64,000 nucleotides of DNA, from positions 2,542,001-2,606,000 of the forward strand of contig JAYWIR010000023.1 in assembly GCA_036172245.1 (NCBI GenBank), read 5' to 3'. Every line of letters begins with the position of its first letter. The first letter of the stretch is position 1. Position numbers and translations under genes: made by a program. Below are positions 12,790 to 24,759 of this stretch, piece after piece. Under the pieces are notes generated by a model, which saw nothing but the letters and a program-made list of their open reading frames with translations, had not been told where the DNA came from and made no database searches. The DNA comes from Raillietiella orientalis (taxonomy: Eukaryota).

Positions 12790-13720
12790 CAGAAACACCT
12801 CTTTCAGACTGATCTCCAAGGCATGCAAAGGTTTGCCTTCTTCGAGAAGTCCGCGTTGGCTGAGGTCTCCGAGCCTGGCACCAAGCATTGCGGGCTCGAA
12901 TACTGCCCAGGGAAGGATCGACGCCTAGAAATGAGTAGACAAACCTTAGACAGCAAAGACGAAGCTTCTGGGGGCGTGGACAACTCGGGAAGTGACGGAC
13001 GCTGCGACCCCGAGTGTCCCACCCCACGGACTTTACACTGGGGAGAGCTGCTGCTCGGCATCCCTCAGGGGGAGGTGAAGTGACCCCAGAGAGCTGAAAC
13101 AGTGACGCCTTCCCCCTCAAGTGGCGGGAGTTGGCACTGCTGGTGGTGCATGGGGAAATCCCGTGCAAAGCGTGCCTCAACCACTGGACACGGGGGAGCG
13201 TGGGCGCTAAGAGCGCGGCAGGTGTGGGAAATCCTCCCGCACCTGCTGCTGCCCTCCAACCCCTTTGGGATCGCCTCGCAGCGACCCTAGGATCTCCGGC
13301 GGGAGGTCCTGGTGACATTTTCAAAGCCTCTTCGCGCGTGCCGCACTTTCGCAAGTCGCTTCCTTAGCAGTTCCCTCCTTCTGTCTTCGCGGGATCACAG
13401 TGACCTGGAACGCCAGAAAAAGAGACCAAAATGACAGGGACGCCATCCACTGGGCGCGGATCTCCCTGAATTTCCATCCCCGCCTCGAGATGGCCCCAGC
13501 TGGGGCGATATACGAACGGGGCTTGCCAGCATCCTGAACAGGATGCAGAGGACTCCAGGCAGCATACTGTGATACCTTCCTCGATCCTCCCCCTCCCCTG
13601 CCCTGTTTTGTTTTTACATTACTGCTTCGTGTGTTTATTTATTTTTATTTTTTTGGTTTTCCCCTTCCCTACGCTGCCGAAGCAGACCTTGCCGGTCTGC
13701 GTACCGCTCTTCGGCAGGTT
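12790..13720 (+). mobile_element. Degenerate 3' fragment of the same L1/Tx1-like family
   Basis: Clear nucleotide similarity to 10800-11730 (gacgctgcgacccc.agtg.ccc..., ctggggagagctgctg, ctcccgcacctgct, gacaggga.); frameshifted. Confidence 0.85.
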
Positions 13721-13749
13721 CATTGCGCGTGGTAGAACCTAGCGTTCTA

Positions 13750-15500
13750 CCACACAAATGTAGTATGACTTTATGTAATAAATGCCCAGGCATAACCGAG
13801 TGATAATTATCGAGAATGCATCCAGAATGGCTAGTCCGTAGTGATGTCACCGGACTTGAGGCTTCCACGTCCTGTGGGAAACCGCTCTATTCCGTAGAGG
13901 AGGTTCGGACGTCAGCGGTATTCCTGTCGATGAATTGGCTCTTGGGCAGAATTTGGATGTTGGAGTACCTTGGACTGATGGCTCTCGTGTAGATACGTAA
14001 TTGTCTTAGGAGACCGTCGAAATTCTCCGTCCACTTGTCCGAGTTCTCTTCCATTTCCTCCCCTTGTTGGGGTGCGATTGGGGTTGGGCTGTGAAGGTAT
14101 TCTAATTTGCGGAGGTCATTCACCATTCCAGCCTACCACCTGCTAATCTCGAGGACAGCTGCGTGGATGTGGCAGTCGCTGCCAGGTTCAGTTTGCTGGA
14201 GCGTCAATTGAGAGCGGAAGAGTTTCGCCGTGTGATGCCCGCTCCTCTTAGCCAGTCCAGCATCCGTGAGTGGTCGACATTGGGGCAAATCCACGTCCTG
14301 TTTCCACGCGAGATACGTTGTGATCTTTGCTTGGACGCCGAGATCGGCGCATCCTGGAACAAAGTAGCAGCCCCCGAAGGAGCAAGTGTGGCGATCGGTA
14401 CTGAGATATCAGCCAGTTGTCCCGTAGACCACGAAAGCACAGCTCTTGTGAAACCGCGACGCTGCTGAAGGAAATGGAGAGACTATTCGTTCTTCGGCCT
14501 GCTTATTTATTTCTGTACCATTTTGTTCACCTCGATGTTCCCACTCACTTGTTCCTAGAGTTCTTTCGCTTCCTTGTTCAGATTTATGGCACTCTCTTGC
14601 TGTCTCCTTTTCCTTTTCTCGTGTTGGTAGGTTTCCAGGAGGGACGGAACTCCAGAAACCCAGGCAACTGCTAACCAATACAGATCAGCTCGAGCCAAGG
14701 GATTCAGCTACGGAGACTCCCATGGATTCGAAACCGAACGACCCAGGTCATAGCAGGCAAAGAGACTGTACATTCGCCGTCGAACAAGAACACGTTTGGC
14801 ACCCACAACTGTGGATGAGGCAGGGTGGGCCCAGGTACAACCACCAACAGTGGTGGCAGAAGTGCTGTTGGTCCATGATCCATCAAGGCGACCGGCTGAA
14901 GGAAACAGAAATGGATGAACGCACACTCGGGAGATCCCCAGTCCTTCATGAAGGATGAGGCAGATCAGCGTCTGTTCCTGGACACCGGCAAATAGACGAA
15001 AAATGAGGGAAACTGACAATCCCTGTCCCCAAATCGAAAACTCCTGACCTCCGGGATCCCGGCATCATCGCTTCAAAGCTAATGGGTTCCGAGCGGTTGC
15101 ACACGATGAGGCCTTCGGGAATCCGCATCTGGAGCGTCTTGGCGCTGGCAGCATGCTGGAAGGAAACCCTGGGAAGAGTTAAATGGAATGATGGAACCAA
15201 GCACAAAGGGTCGCTTCTCTGCTTGAAAGAGGCAGGTCAGCTTGTAGAGAAGCATACAAGGTCATCCAAGGTCATCCAAAGAAGCATCGGAGCGGTCTTC
15301 TACCCGATGAAACGGAAGATCAAGCAACAACCAAAGAAAGGGTCAGCTGTATCCATGGAGGAAGTACATGCCAAAGGTGCACCTGAGGCAGCATTTATTT
15401 CGTCCAGGGAAAGGGGTTTTTCAACTTCGGGATCCTCGGTGGTTTCTGAAGACCACCACTACAGTTGTGGAGAAGCTGAGCCGAATGAACAGTTCCAGCG
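13750..15500 (-). mobile_element. Highly decayed LINE reverse transcriptase fragment
   Basis: Minus-strand remnants YKLTCLFQAEKRPFVLGSIIPFNSSQGFLPA (cf. YKILAK.LA.RL..VL..II...Q.GF.PGR) and FDLGTG (cf. LD.EKAFD). Confidence 0.5.
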
Positions 15501-17712
15501 GTCTCGCGGCAGGCAAGAGGGGTCAGCCCGAGCTGGCAGCCGCATGACTGCGGCTTCAGCGTGCTGCGCCAAGCGTCGTGGGTTCGTATCCCCAACTGAA
15601 GGATCGGCTCCAAGGGGTGAATCCGTACCACGGGTTTCGGGTTCTTCCGGCTAGCTCACGAGGTTCAGGTGTGTAACGCCTGAGCGCGCTGGAAACCGGA
15701 TGTCCCCCTCTGTCTAGTCCGCATCGGGAGCACACCCTCCGGAACCTCCTGGGAATCGTGAAGCAATTCCCTTCTGGATTTCCCTCTAGTTGTGCAGCTT
15801 CTGCTTTTGCCTCGGGGGTTCCTCTCCAGTGTGCTGAAGGTGCCCTCCCATCTGGGAGGTCCAGAAAAAAATTGGAAGTGTTTCCATTCGAAGCTCTCTT
15901 CAGAGGAGCAATTGAGGAGCGGTTCCCTTGTGGGTTGCTCCCGTGGAAAAAATTAGGAGCGGTTCCCTCCAGAGTCCTTTAGCAGGGAACGAGGACGAGT
16001 TTTTTATGGATGTTTTCTTCGGAGACAACCAGGGTGAGGAACGGACTCCAACCTCAGAGCTTTCCTGGATTTATTCAGGTGATTCCCTTCGGGGTTCCTC
16101 TCCCTCCCTCCCAGCTGAGTATGCAGTGAGTCGAGAACTGACTCCCCCCTACTTGACTTTCTCGCCCCGACACGCCTATCGAAAAGGGAAACGAAATCCT
16201 GGAAAACATGTACATTCCCTCTTGCATCCACGCCCAGGTCCGCTTTCCGGTTCCTCTTCTTTCTCCCCTCCGTCTCCTGGACGACGACAGCAGGTTGCGT
16301 CGAGCGTTCGCTAACGAATCAGCAGGTTTCGGATCGACAAATTCCGGTTTCATGGTGGCAAGGATGGCACCGATCTGAAGATCTCACTCGCTTCGGAGGA
16401 TTTTGGTGCAAGAATGGTTCGCGAGATTCCAGTCTTCCATTCTTGCAGGAGTGCGAGCGAGCGGCTTCCCCCTCGTCCGATTTGCTGCAGTAAGCTGGCG
16501 GCAGGAAGAAGAGGAGAGTTCAGTTAGAGGAAAGGTGAGGTGCTCTTCCTGGAGGCGATCTTATGTCCTTGAAGCACTGAAGACGAGTCTCATGAAGGTC
16601 GTTTGGGACTCGTCTTCTTATCCATGGGATTGCGAAACCCGGGAACGAGGAGGTGCTGGAAAAGAACTGAAGATCCCATGACCTCAAGCAGAACATCTCG
16701 GAAAAGAGATGGTGCGTTATCAGCATCCAGTGCCCCGCAACGCACCGGATGCATCGACTGGGTCACGGCAAAGCGAACCAAGCGCCCTTGTGATCCCCGG
16801 CTGAAGGTGGTCCTCAGAAGCGAGGAGCTTTGAGGAGGGAAACTGGCTCCAGCGATCCCCTATTTCCTCCTCAGAGTGTCGCAGACAACAGAAAGGCGGA
16901 CCCGGAGGACACCGGAGGCTCGGTGGGACCACGGTCCCTGCCGAGCGGGAACACGGGAAACCGGATCCAGAGGAATGGCTCCAGAGAGCAGATCCTTGTC
17001 CTGGCAGCTCGCCGGCACCGGACAGCGCGCGCGGGATGATGGAAGTCCTGCCTGCCACTGGAAGTTCGGGATGACCTGGAGTTCGGTCAAGGGATCTCCC
17101 GCGCGGCGCGAGACTTCTTCACATGTGGATTCCCGAGGAAGAGAAGAGCACCTATGAGTGTTCACTCATCGATTCGGGACTGGAGCTTTCTGGGAAGGTG
17201 ACGAGCTTGCGGGAGGGAAATCCCGAGTTCCCTCGTGCACTCCCATGGCCTGCGTCACCGTCCCCTTCTCCGTTACGAGGGCAAAATAGCAGAAGTTCGG
17301 CTAGAAGAGCCCTAACAGCCGTGGAAAGTCCTCACGGAACTGTTGGTGGATAAAAATGGGAGGACCCCGGTCTGGACGCATCTTTAGAAAGATGCAGGAG
17401 GATGCTGCTCTCAGCTCTCCTCCTGCATCTTGCTCAGGTTAACTCCCCAGAGAGACGTGGATGTTCATCGCTAAAGCGTGCGAATGCTGCGGAACAACTC
17501 GGAACTCTTGTGACAATTTTGCCAAGTCTTTGTTTGCATGTTCTCGTTGTTGATCTGTCCTAAATAAATCCCCCCCTCCCATACCTCGTGGCAGACTGGG
17601 AAAAATGCACCCCGAAGGGAGAGGAAGAACATCAGAGATGGAGAGTTAAACACTAGCATCTGCCTCAGCTACAACGGCGAAGGCACTGCTATTCTATGCT
17701 GAGATGGCTCTG

Positions 17713-19950
17713 GGCCCAGTGATCCGAGACATGTATTTATAATGAATAAACATTCAGAGACATAAGAAAGAGAGACAAGTAGTCAGGCAGAGACTGACCA
17801 ATAGGGTACATCTGAGGGGGAAGGGCAGAGATTAGCGAAAGGGGGATTAAGGGGCAAGTTCGTAGATCAATAAGCAAATTGAGCCTCTTATGTAGAGGGC
17901 AGGGAAGGAAAGAAGGAATCACCGAATCAGCAGTGCTGGTCCTCAGGCAAGAGATGAATTTCCACGATGTTCTCGCACTTAGCCCTCTGGTCCAGCAACC
18001 GCCAACGGGCTGCTTCCCTCGAGAGCGGGAGTGCAGTGCTCGTGGCCGACCGGCTCCGGGTGCTGCCTGGGCAGCAGAGGATAGACGTCCGCTGCTGCGA
18101 TGGGGGAACCGTCGCTCCGGAAGAGTCAGCGCAGAAGATACCTCGGATTATCTACCGGGAGGGTAAACGGCACGTGCCAGTCACTCCTAACTCCTAACTA
18201 ACAGCAGTCCGGCAGCACGTGCGAGAGCGATCTCTTTCTCGCCACAACGGCAGCAGCAAAGCTGGGTTGCCACTCCCCTCTGAGCGTGATGCCTCCTAGT
18301 GTTAGCAAGTGCGAAAAGGGGATCGTTGCCGCACACAATGGGGAAGCGTGGAAGGCACAGGGGAGCGATACACAGGCTCTGGAGGTGCCAAACCGAGTAT
18401 GTTGGTTCTCTTAATGCTTCGGTGTCACAAAGGTGGACAGCTGGCTGTCCTTCCACGGCATCAGGGAACGCGCGTTGCCATCCATCTCTCAGCTTACTTT
18501 CCAGGAGGTCTCTCCTAGGCCACACGCCGCTCCCGGAGTTCGCGCCAGAAGACTGCCGGCGGGGTGCTGCGTAGCGTTTCTCTCACTGTGAGGTCGTCCA
18601 TTAAAGACACCGGGATCGTGCTGATCGCTCCTTCGAGGGGGTGCCGAGTTGGCTGCGAAAGTAGCCGTCAGCGCAGTGGCTCCAGGGAAGCGTCACACGG
18701 AACGCTAAACTCCGTGCAGTACGCAAAGGTGAACACGAAACTGAAAACACGGGTGGCCTGCGGGCAAGTCAGATGCTCACGCTGACTTGGTGCGATTCTG
18801 CATGAGCGCCATCTACCATCCAACTGTGAGGGGTATGGTGCTGCTTGGCGCCATATCAGAAAAATGTCGCTTCATTGATGCTGCTTTACTTGTTTCCTCA
18901 GGGTTTCTCCGTTTGCAAAGTTGATGCTGAGCTATTTGCCTCCCTCGTTGTGTGGGGGATTCATCCTAACGGGAAGCAACTCAAAAGAGCCTAGTCTTCC
19001 ACGACTCCTTCAAGTTTGCTAATCTGGTGCGAGTTCCAAGACATCACAGAAGACGGTTCGAGTTTTCTCCTCCTTCCCCTTAGTCTGAAGAAGCTGCTTG
19101 GCAGCATGTACTTTAGGGAAGCAAGGGTCAAAATTGGGAGTCTCCAGTTCGCAGGGTCTGTAGCATCTCCACAGACAGGCACTGGCTGGAGATGCTACAG
19201 ACAAGCTGGAGCCACTCTTCCAAAGAGTTCAACTTCTATTGGCCCATGTCGATGATGCCCGGCATTTGGGCATAGAATCGGAGTATATCCCCGGAACTGC
19301 TTCTGCAAGAGAAAAAGCCAGATCACTTGGTCTTCTACTGACCCCATCCACAAAAGCGCTAATTCTAAAGGGTAAAGGGAGAACGCTGGAAAGGAATGCC
19401 ACAAGTTTCAAACTTGATAGGGAACGGAAAGGAAAGTCTGGAGAAGCAGCCGATGCAAATAACAAGCAGCAACCCCGTACAATAAAGGATGTCAAGGAGG
19501 AAGGTCACTCAGGTCCGGGTCAAGTGGACTCTTCTCAACAAATTATGAAGGGAATAATACTGCTTCCACACCAACGGCACCAGCGCCTCATTGGTGCGAC
19601 TCTCGTCAGACAAGTGCGGGTCGTTGTCAAGAGATTGAAAGAAACCACAGCTCCGGCGATAGAACAGGCATTCACGAATCTGGCAAGCTTGCGTCTGGAG
19701 ATCCAACAGGTCTCGGATGAACAGGACGGCAAGATGGCGAAAGCTTCTGTGCTCCAGTAGCGTGGTGCGCATTTGACAAGAAAGGGGAAGAGGGCAGAAA
19801 CGGCACTCCTAGCAAGAGCACAGCTCCTACAGAAAGAAACACGCATCAGGAGATAGCTCGCAGGTGTGCAGGCATGGAGTGACCTTTATAAAGGGGCCTG
19901 CAACACCATTTGGGCGCACCTCGCCTGGGCGAGGGAAGAATGAAGATTAT
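17713..19950 (-). mobile_element. Decayed L1/Tx1-like LINE (RT 3' half, zf-RVT, 3'UTR)
   Basis: Minus-strand remnants in the expected order: VRPNGVAGPFIKV..CELSP (cf. V.VNG..S..F...RGVRQGCPLSP), AFA..VLFIRD, CCRCGEKE/SLSHVLPDC, then a pyrimidine-rich UTR. Confidence 0.7.
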
Positions 19951-21499
19951 GCGCATTAGGTAGGTAGAGCTGCAGACGACTCTCTCGGTTTACCTGGAGG
20001 AGAGGGTGGAGAGAGGAGGAAAAGAGAAGTCACAAGAAGGAAGTCGACATTGGAGGCCCAAGATAGAACAGAACCCCAAATCTGGGGAAGCGGCAACACA
20101 TTCCCCGTGACAAATCACAAAAACTATGATGGCTATTCACCCCAAGAACTATTCAGGCTGACTTGCAGAGCATCAAAGGACACACGAATCCTGGAAAGCG
20201 AAAAGCAACCATGTGGCTGCTCCATCAGGAGAAAATGTCTTCCCTCCAGTAAGTTCTCCAGGAGAGATATGTAAGGAGCACCCGAATCCGGCCCTAAATC
20301 AGAGAAGGCACCAGGTTCTGAAAGAACAGGGCAGTTCTCGTGAAAAGAGAACTGTCCGAAGCCACCTTAGGACACTCTGGTCTCTGGGAAGCTCGAATCC
20401 TCGGAGTAGGGATGGTTTGGATCGCCAGCATTTCTTGTTTCCTGAAGAACAGGTTTGCATCACTACAGGCAACGATGCGTTCACCTCCTGACGAACATTC
20501 CCCAGAGCGGATGCACATCCAAAGATATCGCCGCGACTAAAGGCGACCTCGACATCAGCATTAACGCCTACAGCACGGAAAGAACAGAGAGCAATTTACA
20601 GAACAGGAATTAGAGGAAACAGCATGGTCTGGCACACCAGAAAGGGAAAGGATGGCTGAGCGCAACATGTGCGCCCATTCACTGTGCTCTTCATATGGGC
20701 GACACAGAGAACTGTGCGCGAAACTTCAGAGAGCCGCACAGCATCCGGTCCCGTTGGAACTTTCTTTAAGATGGGCAAGTCCACGCGCAGCGCGAGGAGA
20801 GGTCTGAGCTCATCATCGCACCTCGTTAGGTTTCTGACTTATCAGCAATTACCTTGGTCCATCCTTCAAAACTCCACCACACTCAGAGACCAGGTGAGAC
20901 GTGCCATCGATCTACTTACAGATTTGCAGCTTGGAAATAGGCATCTAAGGCTACCAGACGCATGATGGAATGAGCATCATGGTGTCCTCAAGCTCTAGGA
21001 AGAATATGAAAGATGCATAGGCAGGAGCGTCAAAGAACAAATCGATATCCTGCAGGGAAAACAAAAAAAGTCACTGCCAGCTTGGATGGATGAACACTAG
21101 AAGGTTCTCTCGTCGCAGCCACCAGTGCAATGCAAAGACCAGGGTCCTGCGATGCAACCAAGTCAGAGTGGGTGAACAGTAGCAACTGCAACTTCGCCTC
21201 TACTGGAGAAGAGGTCAGGACAGCATTCGCGGGACTCTGTGAGGATGCGAAGCCGGAAGAGCTCATGGCTTCCCGATTATTCACACTCTTACCTACTGCC
21301 GCTTCGGACTGCTAGAAAGGGTGAAAAAGGAAGGCATTTTTCTGGACTCCTTCCACTGCATCAGGGAGAGGATGCTGCCCCGATTTGGCTTCACCTGGAT
21401 CACCCATGGGGGACGTCGAGTCCAGATGCCAAATGGTTCGTTGGCCGAAACATTCGGGCGTGGCATCAGTAGCGGTTCAAATGGTTCGTAGACCGGCCT

Positions 21500-24400
21500 C
21501 GGCACGACTTATTTAACACGAAACGAACACACATAAAAGGACCGCCTTCCGGGTACAGTGCAGAAAATGCCGACTTTAGGGAAAGGAGGGATAGTAACAG
21601 AAAAAGGAAGATGTGAATGAGTAAAGCAAAAGTGAGGCAGATTACACGCTGGGCGAAAGCACCTGCCGTCATCGGGGAGTAGAATACATGGGGTGGGAAG
21701 AGATCGCGGGGGGTCTGCACCTCCTTCCTTGCAACCGGCCCGCGACGCAGAAAGAGCCCTCTTTGATTTCCGGTTGGAGGTGGTATTTTTTCATCTTGGT
21801 ATTTCCCTCATTGTGGAGGGCACGAAATGGATGGCTATCCTCTGGTTCTGTTCCGTCGTGCAACGAAGAGAAGAGGACTCAGGCTATCTCCCTGCCAGAT
21901 CCCCCCCCGCACAGGCACGTCGTACTCATGGCAGACGCTCACAGAAATGTTAATCGGCTAGTCGTGCAACGCAGGGATGATGCAAAGCAGTCCGGAAGCG
22001 CCAAAGGGAGGTTCCTGGCTTAGACAGTCAAAGTCACTCTTTCGGATCGAGCGCTTCTCACAGTTGGCTGCCTCGCTTGCCCACCGCGACATGGGAGTTC
22101 AACGCCTTGCGGCTATCTGCGACGCCATGTTACAGCCTGAACCAGGTCCTTGGCCTCCAGGCTTCTCCCTGAAGAGGCGCAGTTCTATTCCGGGCTGATC
22201 ACGGAATTGCCCGCCTGCCCCAGACGCTCAGAGCGCAACGAAAGCGAATTGACGTCCGAATTCACGGTTGCGGTCGCATGCCAGTCATTAAAGATCTGGA
22301 TTCTCTCTGAGGGAGGAGATGTCCTCCCTCAGAGAGAATCCTACCTTCGCCAATCAAAAGGAGACAGGCCCGTCTCTCGTCTCCCTAATTAGCTTTGTCA
22401 GATGCTCAGCCCATCCACTGAGAAAGGATGTAGCTCCCGGGTCAGGTCATCGTCCCGTGCTGCTGCTCTTTCCTTGAGGTTTCCCTCGTCATGGAGGATT
22501 TGCCCTGTCGTGAAAGTAAGTCGAGGATTGCACGTTGCTTCTCCTGTATTCCGGAAGCAGCTTCATGGCGAACTCCACGGTATTCATGTGCATACAAGGA
22601 GGAGGGGGTATGAGCATGCTTGGAAGCGCACCAAGGGCGGGAGTTCGTGACCTTTTTCTCCAGCAGCCATGATGCCTCCGCCTTCTCAAGTCGGCCTCTC
22701 AACATTCCGCTCCCCGTAAGAAGGCACTCCCTTGCCGAAAGAAGCGGTCAGGGAAGCGGAGTTCCCAGATGAAACCTTTACACAACTGGTTCCCAATACC
22801 GGAGTTTGTGGACGAGGAAGTTTCATAGGAAACTGAGGCAGATCTTCGCCTCCAAGTGATCCGCTGAGCCTGCCGATAGGCAAGAAATGCTCATTGTAGG
22901 CCTCTCGCCAAGCGTTCGCTGACGTGCACAGCTCGTTGACCTGGATCCTCTGATTGTGATCCTGAGTGCCACCCGGGGGCAGGGCAGATGCTAAAATCAC
23001 CCACTGTTTATCAGATGTGCCAAGTGGATGCCAGATGCAGTGAGGAGCTGCTGCATCAAAGGAGCATCGACGAATCGACGGCGCTCCGTCTACGCGCGGG
23101 CGAGCCTCTAGGCGCATCACGAATGTAGATGTTACGATCGGGCTAACCGATGACAAGCTGGCACGGCAGACCGTCCCTGTCAAAGCGGACGCTCACGACG
23201 GCGCCCGCGATCTTGAGTCTTACTGGACATGGGGCTCTTCAGGAGTGTGAGGAACTGCACTTCCGGGAATGGGGCGCGCTTGTCCGTTTCGCACTTGGCT
23301 GCTTTGGCCTCCTAGGTCCAGGATCCGCCTCAAAGACTTGGCGGCTCCGCGTCGGGATACCGGCTCGGGACGTCCTGACGTTGGGGAGAATCGGACTGCA
23401 GGTGCAGTTCCGCCTTGCGCCAAGATGTGGACTTCCCCATTTTGCGCTCCAGCACGCCTCATCCTCCGGAGATAGGCGAGCAGCGAAGGACCACACTAGC
23501 TGCCGCCGATCTTCCGATGCAGGATGCGAGGATTTGGATGTCCCCCTGAGGCAACTGGCTTCCCTCCAGGAAGACTATCCGTGGATTTCCTGTCTCTCTC
23601 TGAGCTTTACTGCTTGACAGCAGGAGGCAGTTGTGTCCTCGGATACATACCAGGAAATGAACCCGGAGGAACTTCGTTTCATGCGTCTCTTCCTCAGTCA
23701 TCCTTTGGAAGTGGTGCTGCAGAACTCGACGAAATGGTCCACCGTGGCCGCCAAACCTCTTGTTGCAGCGTTGTCTGCCCTAAGGACAAGAGACGACAGT
23801 AGCACACGGATGAGGTGAGAGTTCTCCTGCACCGTTGCAAGAAAGATGACACTCCTTGGCTGCTGGAAGACGTGCGAGTTGGCGGATGTCGCCACTCCGC
23901 GTATCCAGGAAAAGGGATACTTCGGTGGTCCGAACTGTGAAGTGTTGCTCCCGAAGAACTCGTGGTCTCTGCCTTGTATTTAGACACTTCTGTGTTCCCT
24001 GTGACGTGTAAACAGTAAGTGCTGCTGCTCCTTCTGCGCCGAAGAGTCTAGTGCAATCAGCTCTGGCACCTCGTCTCCGGGGGAGCAGCACCCACGAACT
24101 GTGCCAGGTGCGGATCGGTGGAGTCGATCCTGCATTTGGTTTTGGACTGCGGCGACCTCCAAGAACTGTGGGGGAGGCTGGCTTCTGCGCTCTCGCACCA
24201 GGAGGACACCTCCTGTGACCTGATGAGTCGGTTCTCCGTGCCCGGTGGACTCTCGACCGGAGCAGTGATCGCAGAGAGATGTTGCATCCATGCCATCGTC
24301 ACGATCCGCCATGTTTTGCAGACGCAGACGCAGCGAAGGGAGGTCACCGTGATGGCAGCTGCCTAGATGAGGACAGCTGCAAGGTGGCCTCGCCTGAAGA

Positions 24401-24758
24401 CCACCGGCATCCAGAGTGAGTTCTGAGATAAAGGAACGGCTCACATCGAAGACCTTTGTCCCTTCCCTCCCCTTATTTATTTATTTATTTGTCTCCTCCC
24501 ACAGGTTTTCAACTTTTGCTTTTTTTTTCCCTTCTCTAGAAGGAACGGAACTAACCAAAGACCCGTGTCCCCGCCCTCCCCATTTTGTTCTTCATTTACT
24601 GTCCCCCCCTCCTTCCATTCCCAGCTTTTAGATGTCTCGAACTGCGTGTCGAGTGGACTCTCCCCCTGAACTTTTTCCTTCGGTCAGGAACTCAGCTCTC
24701 AGCTCCCGACTAGTTTTTTCCTATTCAATAAACGCTCCGGCGTTTTCGGGTGATAAAA
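21500..24758 (+). mobile_element. Decayed L1/Tx1-like LINE with an internally inverted segment (~22340-23150)
   Basis: Endonuclease remnants on + (VVLMADAH, FRIERF), linker/RT-start remnants on - (ILDLLSRQGK), and the post-RT region with zf-RVT (CARCGSVESILHLVLDC) on +. It ends AATAAACGCTCCGGCGTTTTCGGGTGATAAAA. Confidence 0.7.
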
Positions 24759-24759
24759 T

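Noticed and set aside
15500..17400. Possible ORF1 or other TE fragments (also 20000-21500)
   Set aside because: Probably TE-derived, but no motif was clear enough to call.
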